A model generated the notes under the pieces. The model did no database searches. It was given only the letters and a program-made list of their open reading frames with translations, and was not told the origin of the DNA. Below are positions 40,293 to 51,953 of a stretch of DNA of 64,000 nucleotides, piece by piece; the first letter of the stretch is position 1, and every line of letters starts with the position of its first letter. Source of the stretch: Heterodontus francisci (lineage: Eukaryota); contig NC_090397.1 of NCBI RefSeq assembly GCF_036365525.1, positions 33,795,679 to 33,859,678 of the forward strand, written 5' to 3'. Made by a program: the position numbers and the translations under genes.

Positions 40293-41239
40293 GATGTCTT
40301 ATGTCAACATTAATTTCTCTTCTGATATCTTGCTCAGTTTCTCTAGTTTAATAACTACAGCAGGATGAGAAGTAAATTTTGTTCTGCTAATACATGCAGT
40401 GCTCAATGGCATTTGGCTCAACATGTAGTACTTACTGACAGTAAGTCATTGTTTTGGTAAGATAACTTCATAATTATTCATTAAATATTGATGGATAGTA
40501 ACTTTTTATTGGTTGCGTTTCACTATTGGGAGTGAGGAAGTCTGGGTGATTAAAGGTAGCACCAATGTCTTCAGGTAGCAAAAGACAGTCTGCAAGTTTT
40601 ATCCATTTTTTCCTGTAATTAAAGAAGGTCATCAAAGGCACTTCTTGTCATAGGTATGTAAAGCAGTTTTAAGTACATTGACATTGGAAGTATTAATAAA
40701 AATGCTGTATATCTTATTGGTTGAATTGACCTTCTGCACAAACAGCTGCTTTCCTTCAATTTTGTAACACCATTCCCTCAGTATAATGCACTGTTTGGCC
40801 AAATGCCAAGTAGAATGCGATCATGAAAATAACTGTACTTGCAGCAACATCCTGCTTTCTTAATTAATGTCCACACTCAAAGAATATATGGGGGACTAAA
40901 TAAATTAATTGCCAACATATATAAATGCAGAATTATAGTAGGAATAATCAATACATGTACCACATTAAATTGTATTAATTTTCTGTTTGTGAATATTCAA
41001 CATACAGTTGACATACATTTGTCGATGCATGCTGGATGTGCAGCTTCCTTTTTATATTCTATTATCTATATCAAGAGTATTCAGTTAGTTTAAGTATAGA
41101 TCAACTGACCAAAAATGATCAGGTCCAGGCTTCCCAAATAAACACAAGCATCTTGAAATTGTGTAATGCAATATTACATTTGCATTGCATTTTTGTAGCA
41201 TTCCTTACTGGTGGGAGCCATCTCAGAGAGAAAGCACGT

Positions 41240-41415
41240 ACATTTATATTGCACCTTTCATGTCCGCAAAATATCTCAAAGTACCTTACTATCAATGTAT
41301 TGCTTCTGAAATGTAGTTGCTGATGTTGTATAGGCAAACCTGACAGCTAATTTGTATCAAAGCTTTCCCAAACAGCAATGAGGTAAATGATGAGTTAATC
41401 TGTTTTGGTGGTGTT
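41240..41415 (-). mobile_element. SINE 3' fragment (same family as 44875-45230)
   Basis: Similarity to the first part of the 44875-45230 element. Confidence 0.5.
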
Positions 41416-42739
41416 ATCTTTGTTTGTATTTCTCCTTCTGACCCTGAATCTTTCACATAACTTTATATTCATCCCAATCTCCTTTAGATTAATTAGTATT
41501 TGCTCAATAGCTTCATTGATAAATGCAGTTTTCAATGTGAGAATTAGCCCTAGAACTCAGGAAGTGAATGATCAATAATCATTGCAAATCCTTTCCAATG
41601 TTCATATTTGTCACAATTTATTATTTAATTGTCTATGCATTTAGTATTTCCTTTACCAGTGCATGACCATACAGTTTTATACAATAAAATCCATGTACCT
41701 TTAACATGTAGGTCTGACTTTCACAATGCTAAAAATTTTCCTTATGCTTGTCACCTGGCCACATAACTTAGTCATTAGCAAATTTTATTAAACTACCAGA
41801 AGTACTCTCCAGAACAAACTTCTGTGGAAGTCCACTGATTACTCTCCTTAATTAGAGCTTTTCTGTTTGTTAACTCCCTTTGCATTACTAACCCAGTTTT
41901 CAATCCGAATAGATAGTTTCCATTAACTCCATCTGTTTGAATCTGCTATGAAAAATTCAGATGCTAGAACCTCATGAAACATCATCTGAAATCCATATTG
42001 ATCATCTGCACTGGACTTGTCAGACTATTTAATTACTCTTTTGAAGAATTTTAGTACATTTGTGAAGCGCAAATTGTTGCTTCTAAATTCATGTTGTTAT
42101 AATCTGTAATGCACTATTAGTTTGATAATCTGTTATCTATATTTTCTCACATGTCTTTATTCCAGTCAGGTAAGATATGTTTGTTTACTTTCTTTCCTGT
42201 ATCTATACACAAGTAATTTTTCCTGTAATTTTTGGATTCAACACAACTGAAATAAATTTATATTGTATGAGGAGAAAGTTGGCTGCAACTGGTGGGGATG
42301 GGTAGGCACAGGATCCATCCTGTAATCATCACTACCTCTGGCATTAACTGATTCAATAAAGCATCAGGCAAGTTCATTGGCACCCTTCACGTCCTTTAGC
42401 CATATTTTAAAACAACTTCTCTGTGATTAGTTTCAGTTTATCAAGGCCACATATGCCCATTAATAATAAATCTTCTCTCAGCATCTGTGTTCCCATCACA
42501 ACTCACTGTCTGCAAGCATGTGACAGTTGTGCCCAATGACTCTTATAGAAAATGATTATGGATGATGGCATTACACATGTCCCTTGTAGCCATGTAATCT
42601 TGTTACTGTGCTCCCCCTTGGGTCATTTGCTTCCACCATCCATCTGTCACAATTGCCCTCTGTAAGGCTGACAATATTGCACAGTATATTTGACGATCAT
42701 TTTAAAAATGTGAAAAGAAACATATCTTTATGAAAAAAA

Positions 42740-43570
42740 GAGAAATTCAGGAAGTCACTGGCCAAATAGGGAGGTCAAAACTTACCTAAAGGCCAAGCAG
42801 AGATATTTTGAAAACTCAAAGAAGCACGAAGTAGTCAAGAACAGGAATCTTACAAATTTAAATTGAGGACAGCTAAAGTAAATATTTGGAGAGGTAAAAG
42901 GGCAATTTGTATTGTTTGAATTGTAGGCAATAGCTATCAAAAATCTTGGTGTTTTGGTAGTAAATGGCTCTTTAAAGGACAGGTTGAAGATAAAGAAATG
43001 GCAGATCTGATAAATGGATGTTTTACATATTTGTCAGAATTCTTGCTCGTGCACTTATCTGAAAGAATGAGAAAGGAATAGAACAATATGTTGAAAGGGT
43101 GAGATGAAATAAATAGAGTGGGAGGAAACTTGTGTGAAGCATAAACGATGTCAAATGGCGTGTTTCTGTGCTGTAAATTCTATGTAATTCTATGTAATTT
43201 TAGTCACATTAGTAACATTAACATTACGACTATACAAATGCTGGATGAAATTTCTTTGGTGCAAGAATCTATGACACAAGTAGATAAAACTAAATAACCT
43301 GTTATAAGGAAACTTAAAAGAATTAATTATTTACAAGTTCCATGTGTGGTAAGTAAATGAGTGAGTAAACAGATGGATGGTTAATATTTTAGGAAGTTTA
43401 GAGACAATACCTGAGAAGCACAAGATAACAAATATCCTAATATTCACAAAAATAGTGAGATGTGAACTTGGAAATTGTAGACCAATTAGCTTAACATCTA
43501 TAATGGGATCTAAAGTGAAAACATTGCATGGGATATCATCACTATTTATCTAAAACGCACGGGATATAAA
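42740..43570 (+). mobile_element. highly decayed CR1 ORF2 remnant
   Basis: ggaaattgtagaccaattagcttaacatc encodes a GNYRPISLTS-like motif. Confidence 0.5.
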
Positions 43571-43589
43571 TGATCAGGATAAAGGTTCA

Positions 43590-43842
43590 TCATTCTGCCA
43601 TTCACGTCTCCTCTAGACACATCTTTTGTTTCTTTACTTGTCCCTTTACCACTCCCTTTGGCCCTGCACCACCAACCCTTTTGTCATTTAATCTCTCCTG
43701 GCTTCCAGCCTAGCACAGACCTTCTCTTTTTTCTTCTTCCCACTCCCCCTTTTTGCTTGCTTAAAACCTATTTCATTTCTAACTTTTCCTAGTTCTGATG
43801 AAAGGTCATTGACCTGAAACATTAACTCTGTTTCTCTCTCAC
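43590..43842 (+). mobile_element. Penelope-type 3' UTR fragment
   Basis: Similar to 4770-4950; truncated right after the hammerhead motif. Confidence 0.75.
43791..43827 (+). ncRNA. minimal type I hammerhead ribozyme motif
   Basis: AGTT-CTGATGA-A-AGGTC/ATT/GACCT-GAAA-CATT-AACT. Confidence 0.7.
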
Positions 43843-43843
43843 T

Positions 43844-43948
43844 GACAACCAGGAGCACGGGGTAGAGCTCAAGCTGCTGAAGGAGGACAGTGAGCGGCTC
43901 ATTGCCTGGTATGAACGGGAGAAAGCCGTGTGCCATCATGCTGAAGAG
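43844..43948 (+). pseudogene. JIP3/JIP4 (MAPK8IP3/SPAG9) RH1-domain exon fragment
   Basis: [35 protein letters not shown] versus recalled JIP3/4 sequence xQEHxVELELLRxDNEQLxTQYEREKALRxxAEE; followed by GTGAGT. Confidence 0.8.
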
Positions 43949-44874
43949 GTGAGTATCCTGGCCTGGTCCAGTCTCTGCCATTTGCTGCAGTCCTGGGGGA
44001 TGGGAGAGAGGGCCCCACTTTGCCCTACCACTTCTCCCCCAATCAGGACAAGTCCCACTCAGTAGTCAGGACCAATATTTGTGTGGTGGCAGGTTATGCA
44101 AGTGAGCGGTGGTGTAGCAACCTTCTAATTTAAAAACAAGTGACTATTTTTGACATCTCAGTCCCTTGCTGGGGGAGTTAAAGATATTATGGGGGGATTG
44201 GGGAGGCTGGGTGATGGGCCATCCCTACCTGGCCCCATATTCCACCCGCCAGCGGATGGGCGATGGAACCACCTCAAAAGGCAGCTGAACCTGCAGAGCG
44301 ATGAGGTGGGGGCCCAGACATGCTGGACGCTGCCTTTAACAACAACATCAGGAGAGTTGAAAGCTAAGAGAGTAAACCCGACAAGAAATCTGGAGTGGTG
44401 CATTTTTGAATCTTGTATGAATATATTTGGCTTTGGCTTTGGAGATCCAATATTCAAATATAAGTTTTATCCAAATCTTTTCGATGGAAACATGGTCAAA
44501 AATCTTAAAACGTGAGCGTCCACCTGTTACTAATGTCCAATTCCTGTATTACTCTCTGACTACCTTTCACTCTTCAGTCAGTCTCATTTCAATACCGAAT
44601 ATTAGAAAAGTTGGTTTTTGTAGATATTCTAGAATTTTTCTTGGTTCCTTTGGGCAATGTTATTCATTAGCTTTTTGTTAAGAGCTGCAATCCTTCATTA
44701 AAACCTTTGGAAAATACAAGAAAATTATATCCTCTAGCTAGTTATCAACTATTAATTGAGTTGCTTCATTAACTGATAACCTGTTCTCCTAATACTTTAT
44801 TTGCTCAGCAGCAAAAGAAGAGAGAACAGTGCTTAATCCCTGCTCAGTCAACATTCCAAGCTGGCCATAAAAAA

Positions 44875-45230
44875 AGACTTGCATTTATTTTCCATCTTTC
44901 ACAACCCCAGGCTTTACAGGTCAATGAAGTACTTTTGAAGTGTAGTCACTGTTCTAGTTTAGGAATAGTGGCAGCCAGATTGCACATAGCAACCTCCCAC
45001 AAACAGCAAGATGATAATGATCAGATAATCTGCTTTTCTGATGTTGATTGAGGGATCAATATTGGCCAGGACACCATGGCTACCTCCTCTGCTCTTCTTT
45101 GAAATAGTGCCATCGGATCTTTTATGTCCATCCGAAAGGACAGACTGGGCCTTGTTTTAACGTCTCATCTGAAAGACTGCACCTCTGAATGCAACACTCC
45201 CTCAATACTGCTCTTGATTTTTGTGCTCAC
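44875..45230 (-). mobile_element. Deu-domain SINE (SacSINE1/AmnSINE-like)
   Basis: atagtgccatcggatcttttatgtcca...ttaacgtctcatctgaaagac...cactccctcaatactgc. Confidence 0.75.
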
Positions 45231-46357
45231 GCAGGTGAAGGGAATGTGGGCTACACTGGTGCCCTGGTTATATTATAGATACCTATGTCTTTAGGAATTA
45301 TGAGACTTTTAAAATCATTTTTGGGATGCAAGGCCAGCATTTATTGCCAAGCCCTAGTTGCCCTCAGAAGGTAATGGTGGAACTTTTCTTTCATTCATTC
45401 ATGGGATGTGGGTGTCGCTGGCTAGGCCAGCATTTATTGCGCATCCCTAATTGCCCTTGAGAAGGTGGTGGTGAGCTGCCTTCTTGAACCGCTGCAGTCC
45501 TTGGGGTGTAGGTACACCCACAGTGCTGTTAGGAAAGGAGTTCCAGGATTTTGACCCAACGAAAGTGAAGGAACAGTGATATAGTTGCAAGTCAGGATGG
45601 TGTGTGACTTGAAGGGGAATTTTCAGGTGATAGTATTCACATGCATCTGCTGCTCTTATGTTTCTAGGTGGTAGAGGTCACGGGTTTGGAAGGTGCTGTC
45701 AAAGGAGCCTTGGTGAGTTGCTGCAGTGCATCTTGTAGATGGTACACACTGCTGCCACTGTACATTGGTGGTGAAGGGAGTGAGTGTTGAAGTTTGTGGA
45801 TGGGGTGCCAATCAAATGGGCTGCTTTGTCCTGGATGGTGTCAAGCTTCTTGAGTGTTGTTGGAGCTGCACCCTTCCAGGAAAGTGGAGAGTATTCCATC
45901 ACACTCTGCCTTGTAGGTGGTGGACAGGTATTGGGGAGTCAGGAGGTGAGTTGCTCGCCGCAGAATTCCCAGCCTCTGACCTGCTCTTGTAGCCACAGTA
46001 TTTATGTGGCTGGTCCAGTTCAGTTTTTGGTCAATGGTGACTCTCAGGATGTTGATAGTGGGAGATTCAGTGATGGTAATGCCATTGAACATTAAGGGGA
46101 GCTGGTTAGGTTCTCTCTTGTTTGTGATGGCCGTTTCCTAGCACTTGTGTGGTGTGAATGTTACTTGCCACTCATCAGCCCAAGCCTGGATGTTGTCCAG
46201 GTCTTGCTGCATCTGGACACGGACTGCTTCATTATTTGAGGTGTTGCAAATGGTGCTGAACATTGTGCAATCATCAGCGAACTTCCCCACTTTTGACCTT
46301 ATGATGGAGGGAAGGTCATTGATGAAGCAACTGAAGATGGTTGGACCTAGGACACTA

Positions 46358-46698
46358 TTTGTTTATTTGGAGATACAGCACTGAAACAGGCCCTTCGGCC
46401 CACCGAGTCTGTGCTGACCAACAAACACCCATTTATACTAACCCTACATTAACTCCATATTCTCTACCACATCCCCACCATTCTCCTACCACCTACCTAC
46501 ACTAGGGACAATTTACAATGGCCAATTTACCTATCAACCTGCAAGTCTTTGACTGTGGGAGGAAACCGGAGCACCCGGCAGAAACCCATGCAGACATAGG
46601 GAGAACATGCAAACTCCACACAGGCAGTAGCCAGAACTGAACACGGGTCGCTGGAGCTGTGAGGCTGCGGTGCTAACCACTGTGCCACTGTGCCGCCC
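46358..46698 (-). mobile_element. HE1-like V-SINE (tRNA-derived)
   Basis: tRNA-like head, V-domain tgtgtggagtttgcatgttctccc...ccggtttcctcccacag, and a CR1-type tail. Confidence 0.88.
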
Positions 46699-47089
46699 TG
46701 AGGAACTCTTGTAGTGATGTCCTGGGACTGAGATGATTGGCCTCCAACAACCACATCCATCTTCCTTTGTGCTAGTATTATGACCAAGGTGGGAGCAATG
46801 CACTGTCCATTCAGTCCCATCACTCCACAGGTCGCAGCATATTATTAAAGTTTTCCCACCCAACTGGAAAACTGCCAAATTAAACTCTCTAGTAACCCCT
46901 GGAATAAAACAGACCAAACCAGGTATCTTTAGACAACAACAAATTAACTATTTATTAAAACTAAATCTTTAACACTATTAAGATAAACCTATGTCTAAAG
47001 ACCTTATTACTTCTTATTTGAAACTAACTCCCCCATTCACACACATACACTCGAAAATCAATGGTTAACCGGTTTCTTTTAAAAATGAT

Positions 47090-50000
47090 GGGCTGAATTT
47101 TACTGGCCCATCGACGCCGTGGGTCGTGGCGCGGGGGGGTCGATAAAATGCGAGGGGAGAGGCCTGCGTCGACTCACGACGTCGAGACGGGCCCGCCGCA
47201 TTTTACCAGCGGCGGTGGGATCTCGTTGCGGTCCCCCTGCCGCGTGGCGGCAGCACCACAATTAGCATATGGTAATAATTCCATTCCTATGCTGATTATG
47301 CAGCCCGCCACCTCTCCACCGACACTGTCAGATTTTTTGTTGAACGGGCAGCCGTCATGTGCCGTCCCATTCACAATCTGAAAAGCCGGCGGGTCCTCAC
47401 TCTGCATTACGGAAGGGAGGAATGAGGGGGATACACAGGGGTCACACTCTGCATTACGGAAGGGAGGAGTGAGGGGGATACACAGGGGTCTAACTCTGCA
47501 TTATGGAAGGGAGGAGTGAGGGGGGATACACAGGGGTCTAACTCTGCATTATGGAAGGGAGGAGTGAGGGGGGATACACAGGGGTCTAACTCTGCATTAT
47601 GGAAGGGAGGAGGGAAGGGGGGATACACAGGGGTCTAACTCTGTATTCTTAAAGGGAGGGGGGATACACAGGGGTTGCACTCTGCATTCTGAAAGGGAGG
47701 AGGTTTGGGATTACTGGAATTACTAGGATTACTGTGCAGGCCTGAAGGGAGGTACCATGTACCATCCCTCCTGTAACAGGGTATGTTCTGTCTTTGTGAG
47801 GGCGCAATAGCACAGGAGGCCTCTGTATGTGGGGAGGGTGCTAGAAAGGGCAGGGGCATTAAGGTTATATGAATGGTGGGGCAATTGATTCAGCTGATAG
47901 GATCTTGATGTGGTAATGCTGTGCCACTCTGAGTCTCGGCCAAGATGGGCAATGCCATGGCACAGCACATAGTTGATCCAGGAAAGCAGCTGATGTACCC
48001 ATCAACACCAATCCATGCCCTGTTAGGAACCTTCGAATACATGCAAGGTTCAACTTTATTTATCACATGGAAATAGGTATGGCTCATCCTACATTGTGTG
48101 ATCCTCTGCACGTGAGGATCCGTATGCGCCGGAGGCAAAATCAATAGGCAGGTGCGATCCACATAAAGGCCCCCGGTCGTGAGCAGCAGCCCCCAAGGGG
48201 AGCCCGCCATTATGGTTGCCATGCATCTACAGGCCCCACATGACATTCAATCGGATGGCAGAGCACCAGTGTCAGAGGAGATTACGCATATAAAGAGGGT
48301 GGTGACACGTCTCTGTGCCCTGCTCAAGGATGACCTGCAGCCCAGGGGCTCAGGTGGACATACCATGCCTTTATTCCTCATAGTGGTAGCGGTTCTCAAG
48401 CCTGATGCCTCTGCAGCCTTTTAGGGGCCCACCAGAGACCTTTGTGGGGTCACACAGTCAGAAATGCACCGCTGCATCAGGTAACGTCACCAATCAGGGA
48501 GGGCCAGTGAGGATGTCCGCTTCAGACGGACTCTCAAAGCCAGGCCCAGAGAGCCATTGCTGCAGTAATGTTCATAGACTGCACTCATGTGACCATCAGG
48601 CCTACTGCTGAGCTACCATCTGCAGACATCACCATTAAAGGAGCCCTCTCAATCTATGTGAAGCTGGTATGTGAACATCGCAGATGCTTGCAATGAATGT
48701 GTGCCCACTTCTCAGGCAGCTGCCATGACACCTGGGTCTTGCGCCTGTCCCGGCTGCCACCGCTGTTCACTGAACTGGCTCAGATGGAGGGGTGGCTTCA
48801 TGGAGATAAGGGTTATCCTTTGCAGACATGGCTCCCGACACCAGTGAGAGACTCCATCACTGCTGCAAAGGAGAGATACAATGCCAGCCACTGAGCTACA
48901 TGAGCCACTATTGAGCACGAGATCGGCATGCTGAAAGAGTGCCTCCACTGCCTGGATGGAAAGGGTGATGCCCTGTACTACAGGCCGAAAAGGCCAGCTC
49001 CTTTCTTTGCTGCTCTGCACAACTACGCTCCCAATAGGCCTGGCATGATGAGGAGAGATGTCAAGAGGATTCCTCCTCAGACTATGAGGACACTGAGGAC
49101 CTACAACATGAAAGACACATGGGAGAGCAGATGGCATCCAGGCTCTGCACGCAGGGCTAGCAGTGAGCTAGGGATATATGGCAGTGGCTTATTAGACAAA
49201 GGCTGTCTGCTCTACAGGAACTGATATGAGTTCTGCACGCCACACATCACCCTCGCTCACCTGCAGTGCACCAGTCCACATCTGCAGCATCCCTGTGTAA
49301 ACCATTAGAGGCAGCAGCTGACTGAGCCAATGTCCATGTCACTGCATCCGTGGAGACGGTCATGTGTAATGGTGACATGGCAATGATATTATTACATACG
49401 TTCGCTCTTCTGAAGGGCCAACGGTGCAAAGGAATTTGACATTGCTGCTGCATGCTGGCACACATCATTCGCACAGAGAAAAGGACACACATGTTGGTGA
49501 GAAGCATTTAGTGAAAGACGTCTTTACATTGCTGTGACACCCGTGCATTCCCATGAGTGTCAGTGTGTTCTCTGTAAACCTCTGTAATACCTTTATGGTC
49601 TATTTAAGTCTCACATCCTAGAATGTGCAAATTTAAGACTATTCACCCAGGTGCAGCACACCTACAAGAAGGAATGTTACACTTGAATGGGAGAAGAGGA
49701 TCGTAACTTCACAGAACACTGGGACACAGCAGGGTAAGTATGTGGCAGCAAAGTGGAAAGCAGAGTTAACTTTCTGGTCTGTAAACTCTGCTTCTCTCTC
49801 CACAGATGCTGCTCGACCTGCTGGATTTCTACAGCACTTTCTACTTTGCTGCCAGATTAACAGCAGCCCCACTCTTTAGCGGTCAGGTAAGTATTCTTTG
49901 ATAGCTGTCATGAAGCAGGTGCTGGGGCGCTTAAAATAGGGCCCCAGCACCTGCTGCACAGCTGTCAACGGGTTCCTCACCGCTTCGAATGGTCCCGCCT

Positions 50001-50148
50001 TTGTCCGCGTAATATCATGGGTTCGGCTCGGCTAAAGAGCCCCGTGGGTAATATCGCGGGGGATCTGTGACGGCCGCTAAATGTGGGCACCCCGCTGATT
50101 TGAAAGGGCGCCGCAGCAGCGCAGCGGCGCCCTAGTAAAATTCAGCCT
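47090..50148 (+). mobile_element. PIF/Harbinger transposon copy B
   Basis: TIRs GGGCTGAATTTTAC/GTAAAATTCAGCCT, GAT TSD, transposase remnant (FSGSCHDTWVL...GWLHGDKGYPL...RYNASH). Confidence 0.92.
47400..47702. repeat. about 47-bp G-rich minisatellite, about 6 copies
   Basis: CTCTGCATTATGGAAGGGAGGAGTGAGGGGGGATACACAGGGGTCTAA repeated. Confidence 0.95.
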
Positions 50149-51953
50149 GATGTTTTAAAAATTAGCTGTTTCTTAAGAATAAATAAATAACTGGATTGTT
50201 AGTCTTTGTGGGTTACGTTCCTAGTGTAAAAATAATCAAAAGCCACTGGATGTCTCCACACGGATTTGATGAAACAGTCCTTCAAAAAATAGGCATTCAA
50301 TGCACTTCGGCTGCAGCAGGCATCAAACAGTTCTTTCAACGATGAGCACAGCAATAGGTCTACTTGAATTTAAAAAAAATTTGGAGTTTTGGTAAAAACT
50401 TTACTGCGAATTCCATAAAACACAATCAGTCAAGAGAGAGTCAATCTGCAAGCAAAGAATCTGAGATTGGAAGTGAAGAATAGTAACTTTGCTACCTCCA
50501 ACAATACAAATGGTCTCTTTAAAGGGTTATTTCCTCCTCAGGCAATTAACATGGCCTGTTGCTCATTGTAGAATTTCTGCTGAAATAGCTCTTTCCTTCA
50601 GGAAGCATGCTTTGCTGGTGTCTCTCAGAACTCTTTTGAGCTTTTTTTACACAGTTAAATTGAAACATTATACCATGTGACCACCTCATTCTCCTGCTGT
50701 TGCCGAGGTAACAAATGCAGTTGGTACACTGTGCCTTTTAGTTTTTAACGGCACACTGTTTTTAAACAAAGTCTAAAAGCCGCACTGCTTTAATCTGAGG
50801 GGAAAATGTGACACCAGGTATGACTCCAACTGGCAGAGAGTTTTTCCCTGATTCCCATTGACTCCAGTGCTAGGGCTCCTTGATGCCATTCTCGGTCAAA
50901 TGCGGCCTTGATGTCAAGGGCAGTCACTCTCACCTCACCTCTGGAGTTCAGCACTTTTGTCCATGTTTGGACCAAAGCTGTAATGAGGTCAGGAGCTGAG
51001 TGGCCCTGACGGAACCCAAACTGAACATCAGTGAGCAGGTTATTGCTGAGCAGGTGCTGCTTGATAACATTGTCGATGACCCCTTCCATCACTTTGTTGA
51101 TGATCAAGAATAGACTGATGGGGTGTAATTGGCTGGGTTGGATTCGTCCTGTTTTTTGTGCACAGGACGTACTTGGGCAATTTTCCATATTGCCGGGTAG
51201 ATGCCAGTGTTGTAGCTGTACTGGAACAATTTGGCCTGGGGCGCAGCTAGTTCTGGATCACAAGATTTCAGTACTATTGCTGGAATGTTGTCAGGGCCCA
51301 AAGCCTTTGCAGTATCCAGTGCCTTCAGCCATTTCTTGATATCACGTGGAGTGAATTGAATTGGCTGAATACTGGCATCTGTGATGCTGGGTCCACAGGA
51401 GGAGGCCGAGGTGGATCATCAACTCAGCACTTCTGGCTGAAGATGGATGCAAATGCTTCAGCCTTGTCTTTTTCACTGATGTGCTGGACTCTCCCATCAT
51501 TGAGGATGGGGATATTTGTAGAGCCACCTCTTCCTGTTAGTTGTCTAATTGTCCACCGCCATTCACGACTGGTTGTGGCAGGATTGCAGAGCTTAAATCT
51601 GATCCGTCAGTTATAGGATTGCTTAGCCCTGTCTGTCACATGCTGCTTCCACTGTTTGGCATGCAAGTAGTCCTGTGTTGTAGCTTCACCAGGCTGACAC
51701 CTCATTTTTAAGTATGCCGGGTGCTGCTCCTGGCATGTCTTCCTGCACTCTTCATTGAACCAGGGTTGGTCTCTTGGCTTGATGGTAATGGTAGAGTGGG
51801 GGATATGCCAGGTCCTGAGGTTACATACAGATTGTGGTTGAGTACAATTCTGCTGCTGATGATGGCCCACAACGCCTCATGGATGCCCAGTTTTGAGTTG
51901 CTAGATCTGTTTGAAATCTATCCCATTTATCATGGTGGTAGTGCCACACAGCA

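Larger units (their letters stand above)
46776..50813 (-). mobile_element. about 1-kb solo LTR split by Harbinger copy B
   Basis: TATTAT (decayed TGTTAT)...GTGACA ends and 4-bp TSD CTAG/CCAG; the LINE sequence rejoins across it. Orientation is tentative. Confidence 0.7.

Noticed and set aside
48179-49224. Domesticated HARBI1-like gene
   Set aside because: Multiple stops and frameshifts, and it lies between TIRs with a TSD.
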